Shown piece by piece: positions 51,468-61,685 of a stretch of 64,000 nt of DNA. The notes below the pieces were generated by a model. The model was not told where the DNA came from and did no database searches. It saw only the letters and a list, made by a program, of their open reading frames with translations. The position numbers and the translations under genes were made by a program. This stretch comes from Candidatus Woesebacteria bacterium (GTDB taxonomy: Bacteria; Patescibacteriota; Microgenomatia; UBA1400; UBA12028), in contig JBDTWD010000001.1 of the NCBI GenBank assembly GCA_040006915.1, forward strand, positions 162,229 through 226,228, in the 5' to 3' direction. Position 1 is the stretch's first letter. Each line of letters begins with the position of its first letter.

Positions 51468-53993
51468 ATGCGCCGTTTGATTATTCTTTTTATCGTAGTT
51501 TGTACTTTGTTGGGAATCGGGGTTTCCGTGTCCAGAGCCGTGACCGCTGATCAAATTTGTAAAGCAGATATCAATCAGGATGGAACCGTTAATTTGTCTG
51601 ACTACACGACTCTTATTGCCAACTTTTTAAAAACCCCTCTAACAAATTCACGCGCCGATATTACTGGAGACGGGGCAGTTAACCTCAGCGATTATTCTAT
51701 CCTTGTCGGTTCTTTTTTGCTCACTTGTACTCCAAGCACTCCAGCTGCTACAACCAAACCTCCTGTAACGGGAGCTGGGCACTACTATGTGTCGCCAACA
51801 GGTAATGATTCAAATGTCGGAACTGCTGCTGCTCCTTTTAAAACCATTCAAAAGGCCGTTAATATAACCAAGTCTGATTCCTCAACGGGAGCAACCATTC
51901 ATGTTTTACCAGGGACTTACCGCGAGACAGTAACACTCGATAGCGTCAAAGGTAGTAGTAGTGAGCCGGTCACAATTGTTGCTGAAAATGGCCAAAATAC
52001 TGTCTACATCCAAGGATCACAAGTTTCTTCAGCATTAAGCTGGTCCAAAGGAACAGATGGACTTTCATTCCCCAGTGGCGCCTCCTCCCATATCTATGTC
52101 GCAGATGCGTCAAGCTTTGGAGCAACTCCAGAACTTGCATATAACGCCACTGGAACCGTTACTCGCCTTCCCAAAGCACACGAACCCGATTGGAACGTAA
52201 CCACGGAGTGGAAGTACCACGAAAACTGGTGGAAAGCCGATGGACCAGAAGGATCTTCACAAAACACTCTTATTGATACAACCACTGACCCCTCAGGTTC
52301 ATATCCGCAAGCCAGTGAACTTTCTGGAAACTTAAAAAATATTAATGGCTTTACCGGAAGTTTTCTTACTGGAGCTCGTTTATTCTTCAAAGATAGCGAT
52401 ACCGGACATGACACATATAGTGTTCCAATTACTGGTCATGATGCTGGCTCGGGAAAGATTACCCTCGAAAAATCATTTGCATACAATGGGAAACCAGCTG
52501 TCGGAGCACAAACGAAATATTTTGTTGAAGGTGCTCCTCAACTGCTCGATACACCAGGCGAATGGTACTACAATCCCTCTTCCAAAAAACTGTACATTTG
52601 GCCACCATCAGATACGAACCCTGCATCGCTTAAACTCGAATTTGCTACTCGTATGAACGCCTTTGCCATCACAAAGAGCGCGTATGTCACGTTAAAGAAT
52701 CTCAATCTTCAATACACGAATTACGGATATGGATTATCTACCGGTCCAGAAGGAGCAATTCGCTTCTCAGGGTTTGATGATAGTCAAACAAACCATATTA
52801 CGCTTGATGGATTACATATTCTCCATAATGGAGTCGGGCTACGTTTGTATCAGTCAAACGGATCGACCACATCAACGGGATCGCTGAGCTTTGTAACCAT
52901 TAAAGATACTGTTGTTGATGACAGCGATGGATATAGTTTAATGGCCTGGCACGGTCCTGTCCCTGCTCCGACTGCATTTATTCATAACCTCTGGATTGAG
53001 AACAGTGAGTTTGGCCACGCAGGATATCGTGGTTCGGGGTTTGGAATTTTCATGCAACATACGGAAAAGATCGTCTTTATCAACAATTACTTACACAATT
53101 CCGCACACAATGCCTTTGAGCTTCAAACTGGAAAATCTTCAGGAAACACGATGTTACTTGCAATGAATAATCTCTCAGAAAATAATTGCTATAACGGCAG
53201 CGATTGTGGAGCCTTTAAAATTTATGATCCAAGCGATGGAAATGGAGGCCGCAATATCTTGATTATGAACAATATTTTCCGTGGTACTAAAGGATGGTCA
53301 TATGCCAATGAGGGAAAAGGAAAAGGAAATACTTTCCAAGGAATTGGTTATGAAGGGAGCGGCTATTACTCTGACGGTTCGAAGAGTTCCTCATCTGGAA
53401 TTTGTGGGGTAACGTTATATCGAAATCTCATTTATGGGAATTCTGAAGGTGGAGTGCACTTAACGAGTAGTAGAGATCAGTGTCTATTCAATAATGTCAT
53501 CGCCCAAAATGGACACGGGATCGTTATGAATAACTATTCGCCATACACGGATGGAAGTTTCAGTAACAAAGTGATCGGGAATTTACTTTTCCTTGCTGAA
53601 CCAAGCAATCCTACCAATTTTAAATCCTATGGAATTACCTCTCGCATCAACAAGGCCGATGAAGGAAAACTTACAGTGGATAAAAACGTATATCAAATAA
53701 CAGGAAGTAATAGCTTTGATATGTTCAGGCAAGAACTATCGTACTCTGGCTCAATGACCTGGAAAACAGCTCAAAACATTAAGGATAATTCCTTATTTGA
53801 AGACGGAGGTAAAGACGTGTCTGGAGCCTCATTCTCAATCGGAAATCCAACGAAATATGATGTTTCCAGTACAGAGAAGTTGTTTGGAGTAAGCTCTGTA
53901 TCGGAACCATCTGAAGTTCAAACTATTATCGACGCACTACAGAAAGAATTTGGACGAGCAATCTCCAATAATACTACCGTTGGACGTCTTTAG
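51468..53993 (+). CDS. Secreted beta-helix protein with N-terminal type I dockerin and GH141-like core
   Basis: Signal peptide; duplicated Ca-loops ADINQDGTVNLSDY and ADITGDGAVNLSDY; same core. Confidence 0.82.
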   Translation: MRRLIILFIVVCTLLGIGVSVSRAVTADQICKADINQDGTVNLSDYTTLIANFLKTPLTNSRADITGDGAVNLSDYSILVGSFLLTCTPSTPAATTKPPVTGAGHYYVSPTGNDSNVGTAAAPFKTIQKAVNITKSDSSTGATIHVLPGTYRETVTLDSVKGSSSEPVTIVAENGQNTVYIQGSQVSSALSWSKGTDGLSFPSGASSHIYVADASSFGATPELAYNATGTVTRLPKAHEPDWNVTTEWKYHENWWKADGPEGSSQNTLIDTTTDPSGSYPQASELSGNLKNINGFTGSFLTGARLFFKDSDTGHDTYSVPITGHDAGSGKITLEKSFAYNGKPAVGAQTKYFVEGAPQLLDTPGEWYYNPSSKKLYIWPPSDTNPASLKLEFATRMNAFAITKSAYVTLKNLNLQYTNYGYGLSTGPEGAIRFSGFDDSQTNHITLDGLHILHNGVGLRLYQSNGSTTSTGSLSFVTIKDTVVDDSDGYSLMAWHGPVPAPTAFIHNLWIENSEFGHAGYRGSGFGIFMQHTEKIVFINNYLHNSAHNAFELQTGKSSGNTMLLAMNNLSENNCYNGSDCGAFKIYDPSDGNGGRNILIMNNIFRGTKGWSYANEGKGKGNTFQGIGYEGSGYYSDGSKSSSSGICGVTLYRNLIYGNSEGGVHLTSSRDQCLFNNVIAQNGHGIVMNNYSPYTDGSFSNKVIGNLLFLAEPSNPTNFKSYGITSRINKADEGKLTVDKNVYQITGSNSFDMFRQELSYSGSMTWKTAQNIKDNSLFEDGGKDVSGASFSIGNPTKYDVSSTEKLFGVSSVSEPSEVQTIIDALQKEFGRAISNNTTVGRL

Positions 53994-54598
53994 CGTCGCA
54001 CAAAACGTTTTCTGTTCCAAATAAGGAATAAGAAGATTCCCGCTAATGTGATGAGTGCTAACACACCGGGAGCATTATTAATGTACGAAAGAATTGCCTG
54101 CCAGTTCGCTCCAAACATAAATCCTAAAGAAACGTAAATACTTGCCCACATGCATTCTCCTACCAAAGAACAGATCATAAATTTCTTCATTGAATATCTC
54201 TTCATTCCTGCTAACACATTCATTGGTACTCCTAAAGGTGTCACCAGCCAGCGAGAAAAAAAGATGCCTGCCGTTCCCCATTTTCGGAAAAATACGTCCA
54301 CTCCTCGTAAAATAGGGCGAGTCAAACCAAACTTATGCCCATGTTTCTCAAGAGTTCTCACATCAATACGTTGACCCACGTAATAGGCGAAGACATCACC
54401 AATCACGGCTGTTATTGTAATCAATATGATCAATGTAATTACATTTAATGAACCATCAGCACTAAAGGAGCCCGCAGCCAGTAAGATTGAGGTAACGGGA
54501 ACAGGAAGTCCTAAGGAACCAGCTGCTACAGCAATCACCACCACAGGATACCCATAAACTAAAAGTAAGGTAAGAATGGCAGAGAGAAATTGGTTCAT
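53990..54598 (-). CDS. DedA/VTT family membrane protein
   Basis: GLPVP...LLAAG, IGDVFAYYVG, FFSRW, LAGM and GFMFG. Confidence 0.9.
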   Translation of the reverse strand: MNQFLSAILTLLLVYGYPVVVIAVAAGSLGLPVPVTSILLAAGSFSADGSLNVITLIILITITAVIGDVFAYYVGQRIDVRTLEKHGHKFGLTRPILRGVDVFFRKWGTAGIFFSRWLVTPLGVPMNVLAGMKRYSMKKFMICSLVGECMWASIYVSLGFMFGANWQAILSYINNAPGVLALITLAGIFLFLIWNRKRFVRR

Positions 54599-54957
54599 TG
54601 TGGAGTTGTTTGAAATGCCTTGATACTTTTTTTCACTGATTCAATAAAGTCAGCAGTGTTTTGTGAACGTTCTTTGGCTAGTTCTTTCAGATTCTTTTTT
54701 GACGAGTCTGCAGGATTGATGGCGAGACTCTCAAGCAGATAAGGAATGGGAATATCATATGTTCTCCCGATGTATGTAATCGTCATCCACTCCTGTACTA
54801 AGTCGACATTGGTCTGACGAGGAACGGGAATCGGACGTCGTCTGACTTGATGCGCTGTTTGGTATATTAGAAGGCCTGCCAAAACAATACAAATGAAGCT
54901 TAACAGAAGTAATACAATATGTGACTGAATATAGGTTGAGGGTTGTGTCTTTATCAT
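54595..54957 (-). CDS. Single-TM protein coupled to DedA
   Basis: TM helix then WMTITYIGRTYDIP; 4-nt ATGA overlap with dedA. Confidence 0.7.
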   Translation of the reverse strand: MIKTQPSTYIQSHIVLLLLSFICIVLAGLLIYQTAHQVRRRPIPVPRQTNVDLVQEWMTITYIGRTYDIPIPYLLESLAINPADSSKKNLKELAKERSQNTADFIESVKKSIKAFQTTPQ

Positions 54958-55124
54958 TCCTTTTCAGTATACAACTATCTTGAATCTGAATACCGATATG
55001 TTAATCATGACAGATGTATGTTACCCGAAAACCAAAAGGTTGAGAAAAGAAAGACTAGGAGAAATGCTACGAAATACTCCTACATCTTCCCCCCAAACCG
55101 CTACTTTTTTAGTACAATGAAATA

Positions 55125-55769
55125 ATGGACTCTCCCAAACCACACCTATGGCGTAATACCATACTTTTTGCTGGACTGATCTACGCACTATCTTCTGTCT
55201 ATGGAGTGTTGTATGTCCAGACCATTTCGATTGCAGTATGTAGTGAAGCGCTAGCTTTTACCGCCGGAATTTTAATCGGTAGCTCCTTCGTTCTTTCTAG
55301 CTTGACGTATTTTTTCAATTTCATGGATACCAAGTTAAAGTATCGAAAACAGCTAGGCTTACTCGGATATTATGTAGCCTTAGCGTACTCAATTACTTTA
55401 TTCCTTCGAAATGTAGATCACTACGGAACGCATGCTAGTACAAGTCTGGGTACGCGTGAAGCCTTGCTTGGACTCTCGGCGATGGCTATTTTGTCAATGA
55501 TGGCGATCATCTCTGGGAATTGGGCGATTAAGCTCTTGGGAAACCGCTGGAGAATGCTGCTTCGCACTGGGTATATTGCGTACATTCTCCTGATCATCCG
55601 TGCTTTCATTATTGAAGGAGGTTCTTGGCGTCAGTGGGCATTTTCTTTTATGTCATTGCCCCCTCCAAGACTCATTTTGAGTATCTTTGCACTTATAGTG
55701 ATCTATGCCAGAATCGGATTGGAAATTGCCCTGCGTTTAAAGAAAAAGCTCCCTACGCAACCGAAATAG
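55125..55769 (+). CDS. Ferric-reductase-like/MsrQ(YedZ)-like membrane protein
   Basis: Six TM segments, YRKQLGLLGY and AIISGNWAIKLLGNRWRMLLRTGY. Confidence 0.7.
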   Translation: MDSPKPHLWRNTILFAGLIYALSSVYGVLYVQTISIAVCSEALAFTAGILIGSSFVLSSLTYFFNFMDTKLKYRKQLGLLGYYVALAYSITLFLRNVDHYGTHASTSLGTREALLGLSAMAILSMMAIISGNWAIKLLGNRWRMLLRTGYIAYILLIIRAFIIEGGSWRQWAFSFMSLPPPRLILSIFALIVIYARIGLEIALRLKKKLPTQPK

Positions 55770-58671
55770 TTTTGGCTGTGGGCAATGAAGATGCTATTTC
55801 TTTTGCATGTTTCGTGTTGGTTACAATGGCAACCACACCTTTGGTTTTGACAATCTCAAGAGTATTGGCAAAATCTGAAAAATCTCTGACGCTGGTTCGT
55901 AAAATTTGCTGCCTAATTCTTTGACGTTTCTCATCCGTCATCCCGATTAAGTATCGAGTAAGAGAGGCAAAACCTTTCGCATCCGGCAACATATAATGGT
56001 CAAAATCTGAAATCTGACCAATAATCGCTTTGCTTAACTCTTCATCAGACAATGTTGCCTCACGCAAGAAGCTCGTGGTGTGATCAAATACGTTGAGAGT
56101 TTCCTGCAAGTGTGGATCCCTGTACGAAGCAAACGTAAACAACCCCGTTAAAAAGTCGAAGCTACTAAACGCTCCGTACGCTCCCCCTTTCATTCGCACT
56201 TGTTCCCATAGCCATGAGGTACGTAAATACCGACTTATGACCAAACTGCTACCTGCAAAAGTGTAGCCATGAGCATACAGATCAGCACCTTTGGCAACGT
56301 AATTTACGGTAGTCGGAACGGTAAGAATTTCGTCCTGGTGAGCCGGTACAAATAGCCACTTCTCTGGCTGGTGACGCTTGGTTGGCAGAGACTGTAGGAG
56401 TTCTCTGGCAGTTGTAATCATTTTTGTTTTCACTTCAGGCTCTGAAGTGATATTGAAAATGACATTTTGATTACTGACAATGATCTCCCGAAGCTCATCG
56501 AGCTTCCCATGTATCGATTTCCAATCTTTTTTCACACTTTTGGCGAGTTTTCTAATGAAAAACAATTGTTCCACTCCCCCAAACTGTTCATCTAGCCAGT
56601 CACTTTCATGTAATTGTGCTTGAATCCTGGATGCCGCATAGTGATGTCCATCTTCGAGTACAGATGTCTCAAAGTTGGTTTTCTCTTCAAGAACCATCTG
56701 CATGAAACGTTCTTGGTTGTCGAAGTTTGCATGCAAAAGAGCGTCAAGAAGAATATTCACTGCTTCAGATTTTTGATGAGGGAGCCATTTGGAACGCACA
56801 AACAATTTTGAAATTGTTTCTTTACCGTCAATAGCACTCGCAGTGAACAGCGCAGTCCATACTCCGCCTGTCCCTCTGGACTGTCTGTGCAAGAAATCTT
56901 CGAATGACTCAGTGGCGGTACCCATCTCCAAAAGACAGCGAGTAAAAAGTGGAACATAGGACAGAAGATTCTCTGGGATCGCAGATAAATCAAATCCCAT
57001 ATCGAAATAGATAATGCCATTGGTTGGCAAATCATGGGTAACAATACTGCTGTTCCCATCTTTAAGAATATCAATTGGAATACTGACGTTTTTCTGTTCA
57101 AGATCAGTCAGTGCTAATCTAGGGAGTGTCGCTAAAGCCTCTTTTGAATCAGCCTTAATTTGCAATTCCATTAGTTTCTTGGTCTGGGTACGAATATTCT
57201 CTTGTTCCTCTTTTGAAAGTGATTTGATTCGAAGTTTAATATTTTTCTTCTCTTGAGCTTCTCGTTTGCTGTTCCACTTTGTGTCAGGATCCATGATCAC
57301 TGTTGAACGATGAGTATTCTCCAACAGGTAAGTCGTAATAAGACGTTCAAAAACCTTATCTCCTTTTTTTAATTCTGCTTTCAGCTGTGCTAATGGTTTC
57401 TCAAAAGCCAAAGCAATGATTGGGTCTCCCCCATACAACCACGATGTTAAGGCTCCGTACAGAAGCGACAACCCTCGCGGGAAAGAGCCCGTGTTTTGTT
57501 CTCTGGCACGAAACTCTACCGTATTCATTGCGCTATCAATTGCTTTCTGATCGATTCCGTTTTTGACTAGATCTTGCAAGGTTTTAAGAATCAGTCGTTC
57601 TACTTTCTTGGCTTTTGCTGAATCCATTCCTTTCAAACCGATACTAAAAATCATTTGCTGCAAATCTGATTCGACTCCTCCACCGGCAATATCTTCACCA
57701 ATACCAGAGTCAATCAAGGCTTTACGCAAAGGAGCAGCAGCTGTGCCAGTTAATATGGTAGATAGAATTCGAAGCCTCATTCCTATCTCTATTTCTGTTG
57801 ACTTCTCTAGAACCCAGTTTACAGTCATCATGCCTTTTTTCTTGGGATCATCGTCGTTTGAAATTGAAACTGGAGCATGGACTGTAATTGGACTTTTAAA
57901 AGTTGTCTGCACTGGGATGACAGAATCTATGTCCTGAAACTCAAACTGAGAGAGATATTCTTCAATTAATTTCAATCGTTTCTCTTCGGGATCGTTTCCA
58001 GAAAAGAAAATGAATGAATTAGAAGGATGATAATATTTCTTGTGGAAAGCCAAGAAATCTTCATACCGTAAATTGGGAATTTCTAAAGGATCTCCACCTG
58101 AATCATGCACGTATGACGTGTCAGGCAGAAGCGACGCTTGCGTCGTATCCCACAGGGCTCGATCCGGAGAATTGTAAGCACCTTCCATCTCATTAAAAAC
58201 AATGCCTTTGTATTCTACTGGATCTGCAGGTTTTTCTTGATGCAGGTGCCAGCCCTCCTGCATGAGTGTTTCTTTGGACAGATTAGGGAAAAAAACTGCA
58301 TCTAAGTAGACGCCAACCAAGTTGTAAAAATCTTTTTCATTCGTACTGGCAACTGGATAGGAGGTTTTATCGGGATAGGTAAAAGCATTTAAAAAGGTGT
58401 TGAGCGATCCTTTGACAAGCTCAATGAACGGTTCTTTCAGTGGGTACTTTTTGGAACCACATAACACACTATGTTCGAGGATGTGAGCAATACCACTGGA
58501 ATCCGGAGGAGGGGTACGAAAGGTAATCCCAAACGATTTGTTTTCATCCGCATTTTCAAGAGAGAGAATTTGTGCACGCGTATGATCATGAACATACAGA
58601 GTGGCTTTAGTGTGAAGTTCAGGAATTTCCTGGGTATGAAGTATTGAAAACCCGGGAACTTTCTTTTTCAT
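55753..58671 (-). CDS. M16C presequence protease (PreP/insulinase family)
   Basis: GIAHILEHSVLCGS (HxxEH), SLNTFLNAFTYPDKT, VRMKGGAYG and SYRDP. Confidence 0.93.
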   Translation of the reverse strand: MKKKVPGFSILHTQEIPELHTKATLYVHDHTRAQILSLENADENKSFGITFRTPPPDSSGIAHILEHSVLCGSKKYPLKEPFIELVKGSLNTFLNAFTYPDKTSYPVASTNEKDFYNLVGVYLDAVFFPNLSKETLMQEGWHLHQEKPADPVEYKGIVFNEMEGAYNSPDRALWDTTQASLLPDTSYVHDSGGDPLEIPNLRYEDFLAFHKKYYHPSNSFIFFSGNDPEEKRLKLIEEYLSQFEFQDIDSVIPVQTTFKSPITVHAPVSISNDDDPKKKGMMTVNWVLEKSTEIEIGMRLRILSTILTGTAAAPLRKALIDSGIGEDIAGGGVESDLQQMIFSIGLKGMDSAKAKKVERLILKTLQDLVKNGIDQKAIDSAMNTVEFRAREQNTGSFPRGLSLLYGALTSWLYGGDPIIALAFEKPLAQLKAELKKGDKVFERLITTYLLENTHRSTVIMDPDTKWNSKREAQEKKNIKLRIKSLSKEEQENIRTQTKKLMELQIKADSKEALATLPRLALTDLEQKNVSIPIDILKDGNSSIVTHDLPTNGIIYFDMGFDLSAIPENLLSYVPLFTRCLLEMGTATESFEDFLHRQSRGTGGVWTALFTASAIDGKETISKLFVRSKWLPHQKSEAVNILLDALLHANFDNQERFMQMVLEEKTNFETSVLEDGHHYAASRIQAQLHESDWLDEQFGGVEQLFFIRKLAKSVKKDWKSIHGKLDELREIIVSNQNVIFNITSEPEVKTKMITTARELLQSLPTKRHQPEKWLFVPAHQDEILTVPTTVNYVAKGADLYAHGYTFAGSSLVISRYLRTSWLWEQVRMKGGAYGAFSSFDFLTGLFTFASYRDPHLQETLNVFDHTTSFLREATLSDEELSKAIIGQISDFDHYMLPDAKGFASLTRYLIGMTDEKRQRIRQQILRTSVRDFSDFANTLEIVKTKGVVAIVTNTKHAKEIASSLPTAKTISVA

Positions 58672-58684
58672 GGAACTGCCTCAT

Positions 58685-59032
58685 TTATGCTTGGACTTTA
58701 GTGCCGTTGATTTTCTTTTTAATCTTCATAGCTTGGCGACCGATACGATCACGCATATAGAAGAGCTTGGCACGTCGTACATCACCTTTAGCGAGAATTT
58801 CAATGTTACCTAATGCTGGAGATCCTACTGGAACAATACGTTCTACACCGATTCCGCCGGCAGCAATTTTACGGATAGTAAACGCTTTTCCAGCTTCTCG
58901 ATTATCAACAGCGATAATAATTCCTTCAAACATCTGTTGTCGAGTCTTGTCACCTTCGGCAACATTGAACGCAACACGGACGGTATCTCCAACTGAGACT
59001 TCTTGGTTGTTATAGGTAAAGTACTTGGCCAT
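58685..59032 (-). CDS. rplS: 50S ribosomal protein L19
   Basis: GDTVRV, RQQMFEG, GIGVER and VRRAKLFY. Confidence 0.97.
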   Translation of the reverse strand: MAKYFTYNNQEVSVGDTVRVAFNVAEGDKTRQQMFEGIIIAVDNREAGKAFTIRKIAAGGIGVERIVPVGSPALGNIEILAKGDVRRAKLFYMRDRIGRQAMKIKKKINGTKVQA

Positions 59033-59047
59033 AGAGGGGTTATTTTA

Positions 59048-59638
59048 TCAAGAAGTGAGGAAAGTTTCAATCTGGTCTTTACTGTAACCCAATTTTCCTA
59101 GATTTTCCTCAATTAGGTCGGTCGAATTCCCTTTCTGAGTCCAGATTTCCTCGAGTGTAGTAATTGTCTCTCGTGTCTCCCAAGGAAAGATAACCCATGC
59201 CTTGGAGTGAATTGCCGTGTAGTCGGGCATAATTTTGGTCCAGGGCTTAACTCCTAAAGTGGCAATTTTTACTGAAGCAGCCTTTTGTTCTCTCAGATAG
59301 TCTTTGACAAACAGAAGGGTTTCCCCAGAATCTGCCAAATCATCTACCAGGAGAATTTTCTCGTGGGTGATGTCCACAGTAAATGTTTGGGTGATCACCG
59401 GCTTTTTTGTTTTTCCGATGCCCTCATAGGACTCACACTGCAAAACACTTATCTTCTTTACACCGATCAAATCCGCTAGATTCTGCGCTATTGAGATCCC
59501 ACCACGAGCTAGAGCGATAACGCGGTCAAATGACTCTTCTGAGGCTATGATTTTTTTACCGACAATAAACGTCTCATCGCCGATATCTTGCCAGGAAAGA
59601 ACGTCATATGCTTGGCCATTAATAACTTTAGAGATCAT
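59048..59638 (-). CDS. Type I phosphoribosyltransferase (xanthine/guanine PRT-like)
   Basis: ALARGG, ILLVDDLADSGET and WVIFPWE. Confidence 0.9.
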   Translation of the reverse strand: MISKVINGQAYDVLSWQDIGDETFIVGKKIIASEESFDRVIALARGGISIAQNLADLIGVKKISVLQCESYEGIGKTKKPVITQTFTVDITHEKILLVDDLADSGETLLFVKDYLREQKAASVKIATLGVKPWTKIMPDYTAIHSKAWVIFPWETRETITTLEEIWTQKGNSTDLIEENLGKLGYSKDQIETFLTS

Positions 59639-59949
59639 ACGAAGACTTTAAAATCATTTTCTTGCCATGATTGCCCATCTTGCCGGGGTTTCATGAGTAT
59701 TCCATCAGCCGACTTCAGTTCTACCTTTCCACAACGAATGAGCTTCATGGCAACGCCGATTGAAAATCCCTCTCGCAGTCGTTCTGAATCATAGAGTGCG
59801 TTAATCTTCCTGACGACTACAGGTTGAGCGTTCACCGTCTCGATTAATTGATTCCAAGTCGCTGTTTCAATTGTCTTCAATAGTGCAAAAATGACAAGAG
59901 CAACCTCGTTTACTATTTCTTGCTCTTCTTTTGATAATTCTGATTTCAT
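59635..59949 (-). CDS. Orphan hypothetical protein
   Basis: 104-aa ORF between pyrG and the PRTase, with an ATGA overlap. Confidence 0.6.
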   Translation of the reverse strand: MKSELSKEEQEIVNEVALVIFALLKTIETATWNQLIETVNAQPVVVRKINALYDSERLREGFSIGVAMKLIRCGKVELKSADGILMKPRQDGQSWQENDFKVFV

Positions 59950-59957
59950 ATTATCTT

Positions 59958-61679
59958 TTATTTCTTGCAGGCTTCAATGAAAGCCAAAAATAGCGCATGT
60001 GGCTTTAAAGGAGTCGATTTATATTCTGGATGACCTTGAGTCCCCACAAAGAATGGATGCATCTCTCTTGGTAATTCAATTAACTCAACCAAATTCTCCT
60101 TCACTGAACGACCAGAAACAATCACTCCACGCTTTTCAAGTTGTGGCATTAACGCATCATTACATTCAAAGCGATGACGATGACGCTCTGCGGTCAATCC
60201 GGTCTTTTCATCAATCATTTGTCCATAGTCCTTGTATGCTTCAAAAGCTTGTGTGTCTGGTTTAACAATACATTCCCACGATCCAAGACGCATTGTTCCA
60301 CCATAGGCACGGTTTTCCAAAATTCTTTTTTGTTCGGGAATCATGTGAATCACTTGATGCGGGCTCTCTGGATCCACTTCTTGAGTATTTGCATCACTCC
60401 AACCTACAACATGGCGGGCAAATTCCACCATAGCGAGTTGCATACCGTAACAAAGTCCCAAATATGGAATTTTTTCCTCACGAGCATACTGAATGCTACG
60501 GATTTTCCCTTCCACTCCCCGCTCGCCCCATCCGATCGGAACAATGAGTCCTTGCAGTGGTCCAAAGAACTTGGCCAGATCTTCATTACTTAAATTAGGA
60601 GAATCCTTTTGTAGTTTTTCAATTTTTCCCGCATCAATCCAAACAATTTCAGTCTCCACTTCTTTTGCGACCGACGCATGATTTATCGCATCAATGAGTG
60701 CTGCATAGGAATCTTTGAGTTGATAATCACCGGTGGAAAGATACTTACCGACGATTGCCACCCTGATTTTCTTTTCTTTTTTGGCCTTCACTTTCGCTAC
60801 CATCGCTTCCCATTCGGGGAATATCGACGTTTGCACACTCGTTTCAACCGGAATTTTCAATTCTTCTAACACGAGTTCATCAAAGCGTTGTTCTTGAAAC
60901 AGAAGTGGGATTTCATAGACATTCCCTACGTCAGGAGCATCAATAATGTGATCTGGCTCAACCGTACAAAACAAGGCAAATCGATCACGACGACGTTGAT
61001 CGATACGTTTATCACTACGGGCAACGATAAAATCAGGCTGAATCCCTAGAGAGTTTAAGGTGTGAACAGAAAGCTGGGTTGGCTTGGTTTTTGGCTCACC
61101 GATATGAGCGGGTGTCGGCAGATAACTGACATGAACGTGGACGACTCGCTGTTTATGGGTGTATCGCAAGATTCGCGCAGCTTCATAATACAGAATATTT
61201 AAATATTCTCCTGCAGTTCCACCCAGTTCTACCAACACTATTTGCGCTTTGTCTTTGTCTGCAGCTTGATTGATACGTTCAATGATTTCTCCACATACGT
61301 GTGGCATCTCTACGTCTTCTCCGTCATATCCAAAGGCACGTTCACGATCAATGACAGCCTTGTAGATTTGCCCCATGGTAACGAAATTTGGTTTCCCCAT
61401 TTCTTGGCCCAAGAATTTTTCGTAAGTGCCAAGGTCCATGTCACTTTCCGTTCCGTCATTACACAAGAAAGGATCTCCGTGTTCAATTGGGTTTATGAGG
61501 CCTGAATCAATGTTTAAATAGTTCTCGCATTTAACGACACTAACTTTAAACCCACGCGATTTTAAAAGAAGTCCTAAAGAAGCGGTGACAATGCCTTTTC
61601 CGAGGGAGGAAAGAACTCCTCCTGAGATAAAAATATATTTTAAATTTTTATGATTCTTTGGAAGGATATTTACGGGCAT
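59958..61679 (-). CDS. pyrG: CTP synthase
   Basis: GGVLSSLGKG, EPKTKPTQ, GLCYGMQ, ERHRHRFE and QGHPE. Confidence 0.98.
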   Translation of the reverse strand: MPVNILPKNHKNLKYIFISGGVLSSLGKGIVTASLGLLLKSRGFKVSVVKCENYLNIDSGLINPIEHGDPFLCNDGTESDMDLGTYEKFLGQEMGKPNFVTMGQIYKAVIDRERAFGYDGEDVEMPHVCGEIIERINQAADKDKAQIVLVELGGTAGEYLNILYYEAARILRYTHKQRVVHVHVSYLPTPAHIGEPKTKPTQLSVHTLNSLGIQPDFIVARSDKRIDQRRRDRFALFCTVEPDHIIDAPDVGNVYEIPLLFQEQRFDELVLEELKIPVETSVQTSIFPEWEAMVAKVKAKKEKKIRVAIVGKYLSTGDYQLKDSYAALIDAINHASVAKEVETEIVWIDAGKIEKLQKDSPNLSNEDLAKFFGPLQGLIVPIGWGERGVEGKIRSIQYAREEKIPYLGLCYGMQLAMVEFARHVVGWSDANTQEVDPESPHQVIHMIPEQKRILENRAYGGTMRLGSWECIVKPDTQAFEAYKDYGQMIDEKTGLTAERHRHRFECNDALMPQLEKRGVIVSGRSVKENLVELIELPREMHPFFVGTQGHPEYKSTPLKPHALFLAFIEACKK

Positions 61680-61685
61680 AGGCTA

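Noticed and set aside
32860-54000. Prophage, IS or integron
   Set aside because: No integrase, transposase or phage structural gene is present, and I could not recognise repeated attC-like sites.
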